A DNA stretch of 64,000 nt from Kudoa neothunni (Eukaryota > Animalia > Cnidaria): assembly GCA_964304625.1 (NCBI GenBank), contig OZ199839.1:6352690-6416689 (forward strand), given 5' to 3'. Below the pieces are notes generated by a model. The model was not told the origin of the DNA. It did no database searches and saw only the letters and a program-made list of their open reading frames with translations. This document shows positions 1 to 14,100 of this stretch, one piece after another. Within the stretch, counting starts at the first letter, position 1; each line of letters begins with the position of its first letter. A program made the translations under genes and the position numbers.

Positions 1-3000
1 GCTCAAGTGCTTGTAAAACCGGATGGAAAATTAAGTTCGAAGGAATTTATTCAAACTGTTATATGCATTCCTTAATTTTCGTACAATTTTTATAAAATTT
101 TGTAGTTCGAAATGAACAACCCCCTGGCGCTATTTCAGATAAAAAAAATTATCAAGTTACGATTAATCTATCAGATTTAAATAAAAATGAAGGAATTTCG
201 GATACAATAACGACGGCACATATCGCAGAAGTAAAATTAATAAAGAAGTTAATGGGAACAGCAAGTACCGGGGATGATGCAATATGTACAGGTGGATGTT
301 CTGGTTTCAGTTCAAAAACCATAACAGGACTTGAACCGTTAACTGAATACATTTTAAAAGTTAAAATAACGGGTCTGACAACCTTGGATTCACCCGAAGT
401 GGATCATTATCACCGTTTCTTTTATTTCAAAACTAAAGGTAAAACTAAAGGTTAAAAATATATTTCTAATTATTTAATAGGGAGAGACGTTAATAACGAT
501 AAGCGAGTTACATTTAATTCTGATAATAATTCGAACACTAAATTGACTTTAACTACATCCAATCTTTTCTCTGGCGCAAAATGTCAACTTTATTATTCTG
601 TTACGGGAGATGAGACATCCAAGTTTCCGGCAACGTGTGAAAAGGGTACAAACAAAAATTTTTGTTCGGACAGCTGTACTGATACGTTCACTATTATCAA
701 CCTTGATCCTAAAACAAGCTACAAAATTACAGTTTGCTCAAAAGATTACACATGCGTTGATAGCTCTGCTGTTTCTAGTAATTTATATATATATAGTAGA
801 TTCATAATTATTTTAAATAGCTAACGGAATCGTTGTAACAATAGTGAGAACAAAAAATGTTGTTGAACGGAAAACAACAGCCACAATGAGTACGACAACA
901 GGGAACCTTGGGAATTCATGGGGATATATTCTGTTGGAAAAGGACTCCATGGAACCATTATTTGATTGCTTGAACAGCGTATGCAGTCCGACTGTAAGTT
1001 CAAATGCTATCGATTTTGAATGGCGAACTCTCAAAAATGATACCGTTTACGAACTAATTGTTATTAATAATGATCACGCGTTGCCAGCGAAAGCAGAAAC
1101 AGCAAGTAATTTATTAATAAAATAATTAGATCAATTTGTTTAGGGGAGATCATTTCTGATAATCAAAATATGGTTATGAGGTTTGATACATCAGATAAAA
1201 AATACAAAATGAAATTTAAGGGTGATATAATCAGTAAAACTGATAAGCAATGCACAGTTAAAATATCCGATGATGCCTTCACTAGATATGAGAATGCAGG
1301 AGACAGTAATACACAGGTTCAAAATGACTGCAATAAACTAGGAACAGAATTTGTCATCAATAATAATGGTCAAAACAAGAGGAAATATATTTCTGTTAGT
1401 TATTCAGATACAAAAACCGATGAAGCTGCTAAATCAGGAATTGCCAAAGCAATTTCTGATGTAATTCTTAATGTTGATCTAGTTGGAATTGACAAAAATC
1501 ATCCATCACAAGCACTTTTAGCAAAATCAGAAGTGAGCGGCCAATTACCTGATGATCAGTCACAAGAAAATCCATCACCAAAAGATCCTGCGGGAAAAAC
1601 ACAAGAAAAAAAAGAAAATACTTCCAGAACAGCAGTCTCACCAGAATCAAAGAAGCCAAAGGTGATCCAGTTCACTGCGGGAAACGTCTATTCCTATTAT
1701 ATAGGTAAAAAATAAAAATAAAATAAATCTAAAATTTTTAAGATTATTACGAGGAGATAACGTTTATAGCAACGTTGAATGAGGACAAAATAAAATTAGG
1801 AGCGAGCAAATGTTCCATAAGTTGTGATGGATTCAAGGATGCGATAAAATTGAACTCTTTTCCTGAAACTACTGTTGGAAGTGACCCTTGCACCTTTGGG
1901 CATTATTCAATCCAATTTGACGAATTGGTCAACGATTATTACATAAGTTGCCCAACATATTTCGACTTCCACTATTTTTATGACAATACTTTTATTCAAA
2001 ATTACGCCCCTGTCTTTAGTAGATTTTATTATGAATTAGCGATAAACGATGAGAAAAATAAACTGACCATTAAATTGGTCAACAAAGAACCTTCCGAAAT
2101 ATGCACCTTTGAATGGATCGACGCAACTAGCTCATCTTCTAATCGATTTTTTTCAAACAGCTGTGATAATAATGCCAATTGCATTTATAGTTTATGTAGT
2201 AACGTTACGTTTGGAGATATTCCAGCAGGTGTGAAAGCGGTAAAAATACGCGCTCTCAAATTAGGAATGGAACCTACCGTTGGCTACCAAAATAACATTT
2301 ATATAGGTAATTATTTAAAATATATGCATTAAAATGTATATTCTAGTGAGACACGGCAATGATACTTCTGTTACTACATCCGATAGTAAAATCAAAGTTA
2401 ACATGAGCGATAAAAATAAGGACGAAAATGGCCAAGCTATAACTTCTACGCCTATTGTAACATGCGAGTTAAAATTTTGGAATGCTTATGCTCCATTAGT
2501 CAGTGAAGCCGGAAGGAAATCTGTTCCAGGTTCAACAAGCTGTAATTTTGGAGAAATAAATATTACACCTGTACCATCTGATTTGCCAAATGATATTATG
2601 ATAACAATAGCAAATATACCCAATTATTCACCTAGAAAATACTTTTACCATAAAATAAGTAATTCGTTATAATTTTAAATGGTGTAACAAATTTTATAGC
2701 ACAATCAACGTTTCTTTCTGATGAAAAGAATGAAGTTAGTCCTAATGCACACGGATACACACTTACTCCGGGTTCCAGTTCAACAAATATTTGCAAAATT
2801 TACGTAAAAGAAAATAAAAAGCTTCACTTCTATCCTGCTATATGCTCAGAAAATAAATTGTGTGTGGATAAATGCAACATACAATTTAACATCATAGGGT
2901 TGTATTCAAATACCAACTATGATATAAAAATTGTACCTAGCGGAAATTATGCGATCAAAACGATTGAAAATAAAAAAACAAGTACAAGTTTTATTTGTCA

Positions 3001-6000
3001 TTAAATATATTATAAATAGATGGGGATACAATTGAATTCAAAGTTTCGCCCGATTCTATCAAAAATAATTTAATAATAAAACCAACGCAAAATAATGCAC
3101 TTGATAATACTGATAATTGTTACTACCAGTTTTATATACATGAAAAAGATGATAGTAATAAAAATAACTTTACTTTTGTAAGATTTTTTTAGCTTCTCCT
3201 ACACGTATAAAACAGTCATGCATTAAATGTACTGATGCATCTAAAATTAAAAGGTGCGACAATATTCAGTTTGATCGTACGCTCTATAACAATAAGCATA
3301 ATTACAGATTAATGATCTATGCAGATGGAAAATCTGCACCATTTAAAATCGCTATTCCAGGTAGAATAAATTAAATTTGGTTGATGAAATAATTTTTTAG
3401 CCGATTATCGAGTTGGAAAACTTAAACAAACATTTACCCAACAGAAGCAAGGTGAAATCGGAAAATTTATAATCAGTTTGGAAGAATTTCCAACTGGAAA
3501 TAAATGTGCCGTAAAAATATCAGATTTTAAGGAGAGTCCTGAATTCATAAAACCAATCTGTTCTTCAACTAAGGAAGATAATTTCTGCCTCATGTCGTGT
3601 ACAGAAACAAGTGTTGAAATAGGATATATTAATTCTAAAGTTGATCGGTACATATCTGTTTGTTATGGTGAAACGAATGAACAAGCAAAAACTTGCAGAA
3701 AAGCTAGAGTTTTCTCGATCAAAATGGGTAAGTATGTCTTTATCGTTCTCAGTAAAGTTTCCAAACAACGAATTTTAAATCAATTGAAATACATTATTTT
3801 TAAAGACTGTTGACATATTGATATTATTTTGCCTATTATATTTTAGGAATTAATCAAGAAAATACTTACAAAATAACTCATGGTGACGGCGAAATAAATT
3901 TTTCTTATAAAACAACATCAATAAATAATTGGATGCTGCATGTCGATGGAAAAATTGATCCAACCTCGGACAATAAACTAAATAATTTAGATGTAACAAG
4001 TTACCCAAATACGGAAGAAGAAAAAACCGCAACTTTCTCAATCGATAGATATATGAGTTACTATAAGTTTAACTCAACACATATGTGGCCTGGAATATTT
4101 TATTTTACAAATACTACACTACTCAATAGCACTATTCCTCTAAAATCAGAGATTATTTATTCTATAACAGCTGTTGAAAATAACAATAACCAACTGGAAA
4201 TTAAATTCTCTCCTGGTCCATATAATGACGAAATGTGCCGTATAAAAGTATTCGAGGTGGATTCTAATGGCGGCGATCAATTAAGTAATGTTTTAAATGA
4301 ATGTGATAAGTCAAAGGAAGGATGCTATCAACTTTGTCAAGATGCTATTATTAATTTCAAAGGAGAACATCAAAAGATTGGTGTAACTGTCAAAAGAAGA
4401 TTTGATTCTGTTGGATTTAAACAAAATTTTAAAAGTACTATTTAGACTATTTATAAATTTATTTTTTTATAGAAGGGGACAAAAACTTTGAATTGAATGA
4501 AATTACTGAATCTGGACTTAAACTTACTGGTCTACACAACTACAAGAGTATTAAAGAAGGAGAAAATGAAGCGACATGTACCATTAAGTTAAGTAAAGGA
4601 AATACAATATCTCCTGAAACGATACCTCAATGTAGTGATGGTGGTTGTGATACTAATTGTAAAGAGTCATATACTATTATTGGTCTTACAGCCGGTACAA
4701 ATTACATGATTTCCGTCACAGTTTCGAATCTTGGTTTTAGTGAATCTTATGTCAAAAAAATTTTGTTTAGAACAAGTAAAATTCAACTACATTAATCATA
4801 ACATTAATAAAATATTTAGGTGAAGGAACTGAGTTAGGTACATTAGTAAATTCAGATTTAACGATTAAGGCAGGCACTGCTACAGTGACACCTTTTCAAG
4901 ACGATAATTCACTTCCAATATGTCGAATTTATCTTAGAAGAAAAGTTCAAATGTCTCCAAAATTTATGGCTACATGTGAAGGAATTGGAGCTTGCGAGCA
5001 TAAATGTAACAATACATTCAAAATAGTAAATCTGGAATTGGGTGTTAATTACGAAGCAATCGTCGAACCGTCAAATGGGAAAAATGAGAAAAAATTTGAA
5101 ATTGAAACAAGTAATAAATATTTTCTCATGTTTTAATATAAAGGGTAAATAGCTAACGTTGAGACAAATATTGCGTTAACGTACGGCAAAGATAGTGATA
5201 TAAAAATCGACGTAAATTTTGACAACAAAAAGAGTACCTCTCAATGTCCATTCATGTTGCACGAGAAAACTCATGAAAATAAACCGGAGCCAGTAGTTCT
5301 TTGGTGCAGTGACGAGGAGGAATGTTCAGCCAATAAATGCGTTATCAGTCTCAATGGGCTATCGAGGGAAAAGGATTATAAACTAAGTGTGAAAGTGAAG
5401 GACTTGTCAACTTACAGAATCCATGATATTCCTTGTAAAATATAATCTTAAAATTTAATAATTTCGTTAAAACAAATAATAATTTATATGATAAAGACTT
5501 GAATATTTCAAAATCGCAAGGGTGATATTAATATTATTAAAACTAAATATATTTTTAATGATATTTTTAGTAAATTTTGCATCGACATTGATGTAATCTG
5601 AATATTTATAGAAGAGCATAACATAAGGAGTGAATATATCAATATTGTAGTAGATGGCATTGTTCAAAAAGTAATTAGAAAAGTTGAAAGGGGGTAATAA
5701 TATCATTATTAATTGTTATAATTATATTTATTTTAGTATAATTTTATATTAAATCTACTAACACTAAAGAAACATGTAGATAGTAAAGAAAAGCATGATC
5801 AAGAAGCTGCGAAAAATATTAATTCGTAAATGTAAAAAGATGTTTCATATTTTTAATTTTTAATAGGTCGGTTGGAAGATATATGTAAAATGGTATGCAT
5901 TTCTATGTAATTTATTTATTTTAGTGTTTACGCAATGATTCCAATTGTGGCTGGATTATTGGTAGTGATAGGATTAGTAGTTTACAGAAGGAAACCCAAC

Positions 6001-6021
6001 GACGAAGCATATGAGTTGTAA
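1..6021 (+). CDS. 5'-truncated multi-exon type I membrane protein with about 15 tandem Cys-containing FN3-like modules, one TM helix and a short tail (RRKPNDEAYEL*)
   Basis: The ORF fragments join through short GT-AG introns, nearly all phase 1 (exons about 106-438, 481-777, 821-1105, 1144-1704, 1743-2306, 2347-2658, 2700-2981, 3020-3154, 3193-3360, 3401-3727, 3847-4435, 4473-4775, 4820-5110, 5144-5434, ..., 5867-5884, 5925-6021). The FN3 C-terminal signature recurs (GLEPLTEY, NLDPKTSY, GLYSNTNY, GLTAGTNY, NLELGVNY, GLSREKDY). TM segment IVYAMIPIVAGLLVVIGLVVY; stop TAA at 6019-6021. Confidence 0.75.
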
Positions 6022-8110
6022 GCACACTGAATTAATCATAGATTAATTTTATTATTAACAAAATATATATTATTGTTTCTTCATTATTTTTCTACTTATT
6101 TTTTTAGTTTACATTCATTTAAATATACATAATATGATGATTAGATGGGGTATTTCATTCGATAAGAATAGTTTTTATATTCAAATAAATCCACAAAATG
6201 ATGCGTTTTACTCAGTTTAAATAGGATATCCGAGAAATATTTTACTTAATGATAAAATTATGCTCCAATTAGCGATTATTATTTTGAATTATAAAACTTG
6301 TATTCAACTACAAATTATTATACTTGATTTAATTTATAAAATGATATAATTCAGTTGTTTTTGATAAAAAAAATTTTCAATATATATTATAAAAAACGTG
6401 CTTTAGAAAATTAATTGAATCTGTTTATCTAACGGCTTATTAATAATACGTTAGTTTAAAAATATTACCATTGAAAACTCAGATACAATGTTACCAAATG
6501 TGATTTATTATAAGAAAAAACGTTTTCGATTACTTTAACGACATTTCCTAGCATAATTTTCATTATAATTTATACCGTTTATGATAAAAGTATGGTAAAC
6601 TTAAACTATTTAATTTCATTGATATAAAAACCCCTTTTTTAATAATTTTTAGTATTATTAAAAATTAATAAGTTGTATAAAACATATATAATAAATGAGG
6701 TAAATATTAATTTATACCAAAAATACTCGATAATCGTTTAATTAATGTCGATATTTTAATTTTTTAACTTAAAATAATTATTAATTCATTATGGTGATGA
6801 TTCATTAATAATTATTAAATTGTTTGTTTATTATGTATAAAAAGAGTTGCTTCCAAAAAAAATTAATTTAATTAAATCAAATCAAATTAAGTTAAGTTAA
6901 GTTAAAGTTAATAATAACTCAGAAAATATAATAAATATGCAGAAACATATTTTTAAAATATTCCATGTAATGATGAAGTATTTGAAAATGTTTCAGATTG
7001 TTTTAAAATAATCGAATATCACATTTCATATGATTATTAACATGAAATTTTTAATCGGCCAAATATAATAACGTAAATCTATTTTTTATATATTCTAAAT
7101 ACTCCCATTTGATTCTCTACAGGAATAAAAAATTGAATCATTAAGATCCTACAAAATTTTAATAATCAGTAAGAAAACCTCCAAACTAATCTAATTTTAA
7201 TCATAATAATTTACAATTAAAATGCAGCAACTCAAACCTAAAAAATCCCGCAATAATTTTAATGGGATGTTAATATTTATCCTTCTAAATAATGTCCAGA
7301 GAGAATTAATTAATCGATAAAATCCCGAGGATGAGATCGTTCAACATGAATTTTATAGTGCAAAAATGTACTAGATTAAAAAAAAATTTAACGAGTGCTT
7401 ATTTTTGACTACACATATTTTATTCTAAGTAATTATTCACTCTTATATCCAAAAAATAAGAACCCATCTTAAGTTATTCATAATTCCGAAAAAATCATGT
7501 AATTATTAGCTTAATTCATTATGCCAAAATATAACTATTTTTTCTACAGCTACATAAGCTATTATTCATCATAAATTCAATATTATAACTATATTCAAAC
7601 CGATATTAATGAATAAATAAATAAATAATTCACCGTTAATGCGCACGCGCGAAAATATATTTGTCAATAAGATATTTTCACAGCAGTCGGATAAAGACTA
7701 AAACAGCCTTCTAAATAATTCCAGGTTTATATGACTACTGAGGTTTAAGAATTGATCGCATATTTCATAAATCAGATGAGTTCAACTAGTCTAAACATCT
7801 CTCAATAAAATTAAAGTTTTTCCTTAAACATATAATTATATATCTTAACCATTTAAAATAATTGAATAAATCCCTCAGTAACTATATCTAAATCTAATTT
7901 TAAAGAGAGATTAACCTTCGACAGTTTTCCCTCACAACCATTGTTAGCGCTCTTCTGTTACCTGTTCGGATTCGAATCAAGTTGATTGAGTCATTCAACC
8001 CCAACTATTAATATCATAGATGGTAATTTGCCGTTTAAATGGCGGAATAATGCCTATTATTTTTTTAATTCCAACAAAATTAACTGCGTTTTAGCTTTAA
8101 GGAAACAGAA

Positions 8111-11100
8111 ATGCACCTAAAGAACACCAATCGATCGGCCTCTCCGGATACCTATGACCTTTTTGATCGAGATTTTTGCTCAAATGAAGATGAACTGACT
8201 GAAGAATGGCATGAATTTTTGAATTTTTGTTGGGTATGGAAATTATTGAAGTCCACTATCAAAGTCTCGTGTAGGGTAAACGTGTGGCAGAAACAGCTAT
8301 TTTTGCAGATAAATTAAGCCCATATCCAGTAACCTACTATTCAAAAAAATCTTTAATCATTTGTTTAGGTTCAAAATAACCAATCGTCATACGAAATTTT
8401 GGCAGTGATTAACATGAAATTCAACAAACTTTGGAAATTAGCATCGAACGTACTAACTCTTATTTTTGTTGCAAATAATATTATCATTTAGCAATCCAAA
8501 GAAAACCTACTTTCGGAAATGATCCCATTGGCAATTGAATCATGGGGAGTGGATAAAATTAATTATTGTTTCGAACTTTTTATGAGTTATTTTGGCGAGA
8601 ATCTTCATCACTCTGATCGAGAGTCTGCTCATAATTGAAATATTATTGGATCTGACATATTTTTAGGTTGGTTCTAAATGCGTTGATTGGCTTTGAAGAT
8701 TTTCTCGATGATTTTGGAGTAAAATTTTTGAAACTATCGCGTCTTATTATTCATTACTCTCAAATGAATTGGTCCACAAATGTATACAATTCATTTTTTA
8801 ATAGATTTCCGCCAAAAATATAAATTCTTAGATACGAATCTTTCTACTTAACCAAGTACTTAGTAAATGTTCGCTCCCTCGGAATGCAACTCAGTCAAAT
8901 ACAATGTATTTCTCTAAAGTGGTTGATTCGATACATCAAGTGATTGGAGAGTTAAATTCGCTCTTTCAATCTTGACGTTTATTTTTAAGTTATTTAAACT
9001 ATCGTTGGATGAATTTGGAAACCCTCCGAGTTATGATCTTTTTCCCTCGGTAAGTTTCACTCCTTTCAGTTCACACCTATTTTCAAAAGCATTGTTTTCA
9101 TAATTTTTTGATTGGGGTTATTGGCGCGCTTGAATTCAATCTTGAATGTGCCGTGCGTGCGTATATTCGCGTTAACATATCGCTCCTTAATCGAGAGTGC
9201 CTTGTTCGAGGTGATGCGAGATTCGAGATTTGATCCAAATTGGGAATTATTTTTGAGAAATTTTTTAAATGAATTATCAAATTTTCAATGTGTAAACCGT
9301 GAAAACTAATAAAAACATTATTATTTTGTTTATTTTGCCGATTTTAATCAGTTTTCATTTGTTCAATTTTACGCTAAAATATGTACGAGACGCCATTGAT
9401 TCATAAAACTAATAAATGAAACTTTTATGTTAACCAGCATAAAAATGAGCCGACTATTAATACTCTAAAAGGTAAAAAATTGAAATCTAATATATTTTAT
9501 CGATAAATTTTAAAATATTAAATTACACTGGAACGATAAAACAAAAATACCTCTACCTTATCGATGGATTTGGCTCTATACTACGAATAAGATTAATTTA
9601 CCTCAAAATGTTTAACGAGCTACGTCTTATCGTATACGTATAAAGAATGGGTACGATTTTCCTCTTTTTAACAAAAAGGGGTGTCGTTTTTCTCTTCTTA
9701 TTAGAAAGGGATACGAGTTTCTTTTTCTCGAGAAAAAGTCACAATTTGCTCCCTCGCAAAGAAAGTACGAGTCCCATTTGAGTTGGGGAGTTGGGAAGCG
9801 CTGTTTTTATAACAACTTTTAAATATACATTGCAAGTGTATTGTTTATTTTGTAGAATTTTTTGGTATAAAAACATTACCGCCCTTAGTAATCTAATAGG
9901 AGCTACGAATCAATCGGTATTGTAGAAATTATTTAATTCTAACGCGCCAATAATCAATCTGCTTAGTTTTTTGTAATCATTCCTATTATAGCTATGCTTG
10001 GACAAGCGAATGGACTGTATTGGGGATGAATATAAGGTTTTGTTTGTTTTCCAAATATCTCAATGACTTTGCGATAGACGTTAAAAAATGAAATAAAAAG
10101 AATAATCGATCGCCTTGAGCCATTATCCGTTGTGTTTTCTTTGAGCAGTAGTTCCACATGTTTTACTCGTAAGATGATTTTTTGTCAGATCGACAGTATA
10201 TGAGGCCATTGTCTCAACTTCATAACTATGACGAGTCTTATTTGAAATTGACCTCAAAACTGACAATTTTGGATTCTGAATTTGTTGCGCTTACTAAAAA
10301 GGTAACATGCTAATATTATTCGATAATAAAGCAATCCAATTTTCTAGGAACAGTTAAAAATAATGGATCATTTGTTGTGTTGTGTGTTGGAGCAATCACA
10401 TCCCCTTGAAAACCTGCTTAAGGTGTTAGGCATTGAGGTTTGGATTTGTAATGTGTTTTAATTTACATTGGATTAAAAATGTGATTAGACATCCAAATCT
10501 CCACAACACTATTCTTGCATCGAAAATATTATAATATATTGGCTTTTTAAAGTGTTAACTGTTTACAAAGAAGCAAAGGATTCAACATTAGGTTCGAATC
10601 ATCTAACTCCCGCCAAAAGTCAGTTTTTATCGGTTATCAGCACAACATGTCAGTTGATAGCCATGGAGTACATTAATTTGGAGAGATTGGTTAAGAATCT
10701 ACACAATAAAGTTAGCAATGTTTAATTTAATTACATTTGTGTCCATTGACTCAACCATACTTAATTATAATAAGTAACAATTTTCGAGTTGCAATTATTA
10801 TTATTATAGACCTTAACAATTTTGATTTATAGGAATAAAATTAATTTAATTCTTTAGCTTTAAAATTTAATTATTTTTTTATGATTAAAAAAAAATAATT
10901 AATTAAAAAAATAGCAGATAATAGACACAAATATGTTATTTATAAGAAATAATTAACAGTCTATATAAGATTGAGGACTATCCCAATATCAAAACAGAAA
11001 AATATCGAATATGCCGTTTCTATTTAGAACTTTATATCACTGCGTTTCAATTTAATCATATTACCAAGGTGACATTTATTTTGATAGCCCTGATAAAAAT

Positions 11101-14100
11101 TTCTGCTAAGAATTCTTGCGAAATCTCGCTTATTCCTAACTTGATGGAGAGCTTATTTTGGGATGATATTGGAAGTGTATATATTCTGAGTGTGTGTGTG
11201 TGTGTGGATTTGTTGATCTCAAATTGTTGTTGTATTACTAGTCTGACTACCCACCCCTTGATAAAGTCACTTCGATTGAGATACTTTGTCCCGCGTTTTT
11301 ATGGCTTGTTTACCTTAAAAATGTACTCATTATCTAAAGCGACCAGCATTTATTTATGGGGTGTATAGACAACTACTATTGGTAGACCACCCAATAAACA
11401 CCCATGCAAACCTATAGAATATTACCTGAAGTAGATGAATAAATTGGCGTTAAATATGGAGTTTAATATTTGAGTAGTATATTGTGTGCTTTGCGTTCCA
11501 ACACTTCAAAAACATTTGAATTCAATCCTAATCTGCTGTCAGCTATTCTTTCCAATTTGAGTGGGTTTATTTCATATTAAATCCACTAACTCGAAATGTG
11601 TTATACTGTAGGATACATTTATGACAGCAGAGGATTAGCTAGGTGCTATCCGATTTTTGAAAAATCCCCCTCAGAATATTCATCTAAAATATTAAACAAA
11701 TTCAATTCTCCCTCTATCAAATCTCACTCCGCATACACTACCAACCTCTTTGTGATGACTATCCAAAAGTACTCAACCGTTTGTAGTGTATATAATCAAA
11801 TGTGTATCGAGTGTAGATTGAGTTCGAGAATGGTCACCGAAATCTTCACGCACAGTCGCTTGAAACCAACCAATAACATCAGCATTCCTCGATACCTACT
11901 TGAATTTATGGCAACTTCAAATATCGAAGTCTATCAAAGACATATGCATGACAATCCCAATTTTATAAACTATTTTGTGGGGAAACTTTGGAGTGACGAT
12001 TCGTTAAACATTATCTATGAGTACATTGAACAAATCTATTATCGACTTCTCTCCAATTTAACTGCCTCTGATCATATTTTCATTTTGAAAATCTGCGTTA
12101 AAATTCTCGAAAACTCCAACAATCACTTAACCAAACACATACTTATAAAGTGTCATTCTTCTATTGGTTGAATTTTTTGTTAATTATTGACGCCAATACC
12201 TTAGGTTTGGACACATTGCTGTGGGCCTCTCTTGTCGCTATGGTTACCTTGGTAGGAGTCTTCTCCACACACTCACCAAATTGGTTAACAGTAGAAAAAT
12301 TTCCTGGGATGATCTCCTATCCAGCTCAATTCTACCAGTACAGAAGGCTGCGTTTATATGGAATTTAATGTTGTCTTGTAAACTCCATGGTAAGCTATAA
12401 TGTGCTTTTGTTGTGTCCACAAAATAGTTCAATAAGAATGGATAAAAGTGCGTCTACTGAAATATATCCTTTCTTTTCTATAACCTTGGTTCATTTTAGT
12501 GATTTAAAAATTTTTTATTTTTATTTATAATTCGAAATAAATTTTAAAAAATTTATTTTTTAGTTAATATTATTTCTAAGATTCATATAAAATAATAATT
12601 TATACAATGATATTGGTTTTTTATATATTTAGTTATGATTAGAATAATTATTTTTTAATTATTTCAATAGGTGTTTAATGAAGTGATTATGTTGATATGA
12701 ACTAGAAATTCTCTAATGATTTTATATTCGCGCAATATAAAATTATTTTTCTCTAATTTAAGTATTTTAGAAGATTTATTATAACAAAATAAATTTTCGG
12801 ACCTATACAAAAAGTAAAAATCAATATTTTTAGATTATTTAAAGCAATTTATGAGCATTTAACACAAAAAATAATGTAAACACCTTATATTCGGAGATTA
12901 CACTTAAGCGAATTTTTATGTAACGCCATTTTATAAATTCCCGTAATCAATTAAATTATCAATTTATTATGACTCCAAATTCCTTCCGCACACATATCGT
13001 AGCTGTAATGATGTAAAAAATCTTTTTCCATATTTCAACGTAGTTATAAAATAATTTGAATTATTGTTTTGTGGATATAGACAATTTTCCCTAATATAAA
13101 CGAAACAATTTATATGAATAGGAATCGATAATGTTTTGAATCAACAATATGAAATATTTCGTTACTTATCGATTCATCTGGCCTATTTTAAGTAACCACC
13201 TTCTTTGGATGGACAAAAATTTATCGTTATGTAGCTGGCCTATTGAAGCCAAACAGATTTTACCAGAATTTGCGAAAATATTTGTCAACAACAATCTTCA
13301 ACTTGAGGATTCAGTTGATATTGACGATATTGAAAGTCAAATTATTCAGTTAAACATTAATTTGAAAGGTTATAATTTATACCAATTGTTATGTCCAAAA
13401 TATTGTGTATTTTAGAAAATAATCAATCTCTCAAAACATCGTTGTCGTTGATATTGGATTGCGGTTTCTATCTATTTTTTATGTATTCACATTGTATATT
13501 TTTTTCGATACTATAGTTGGTATTGTAGTTATTTATATAATATGATTGAAAACGATAAAACATTGTCATCTTTACACTATAAGTAATTAATACTCTGCTC
13601 TTCTGTTGTTATAGATTTTCTAATAGGATATTTATGCATAAAGGAATTCAACATAATTATTTATCACATTTGAAGTTGTTTGTGAATTACTTAATGACTA
13701 AATGGTTAGATTATGAACCAAATTCTCTTTCAGAATCTGTATTAATATTTTCTTAATCAATTTTAAACTAATAAATTTAGTTTAATATTGTAAACAAAAT
13801 GATTTTTGAGTTTAATCTCTTTTCGTTCGATTTGGTCCTCATGCTAATGGTAAGTGTTTAACGAATGATAGATGTGGATATTGTTTTCAATTTGTTGATC
13901 GATTGCACATAGTTAAACCAATGTTTGATGGACCGCAGGACGACAGATAAGCTCCAATTGGTGATATCATTTCTGTTGGAATCTAAATGCTTTTGGGATG
14001 ACATTGAGTTAATTGATAAAAATCCCAAGCTCACCACTTCTATCTGCGCTTCTCCATGTCGATGTTACCATCCTCATATTTGTCACCCTAAACTTTCTTC

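Noticed and set aside
6022-8110. Long AT-rich intervals (also 53500-56590 and 61620-62690)
   Set aside because: No ORF, repeat ends or structure beyond low complexity were discernible.
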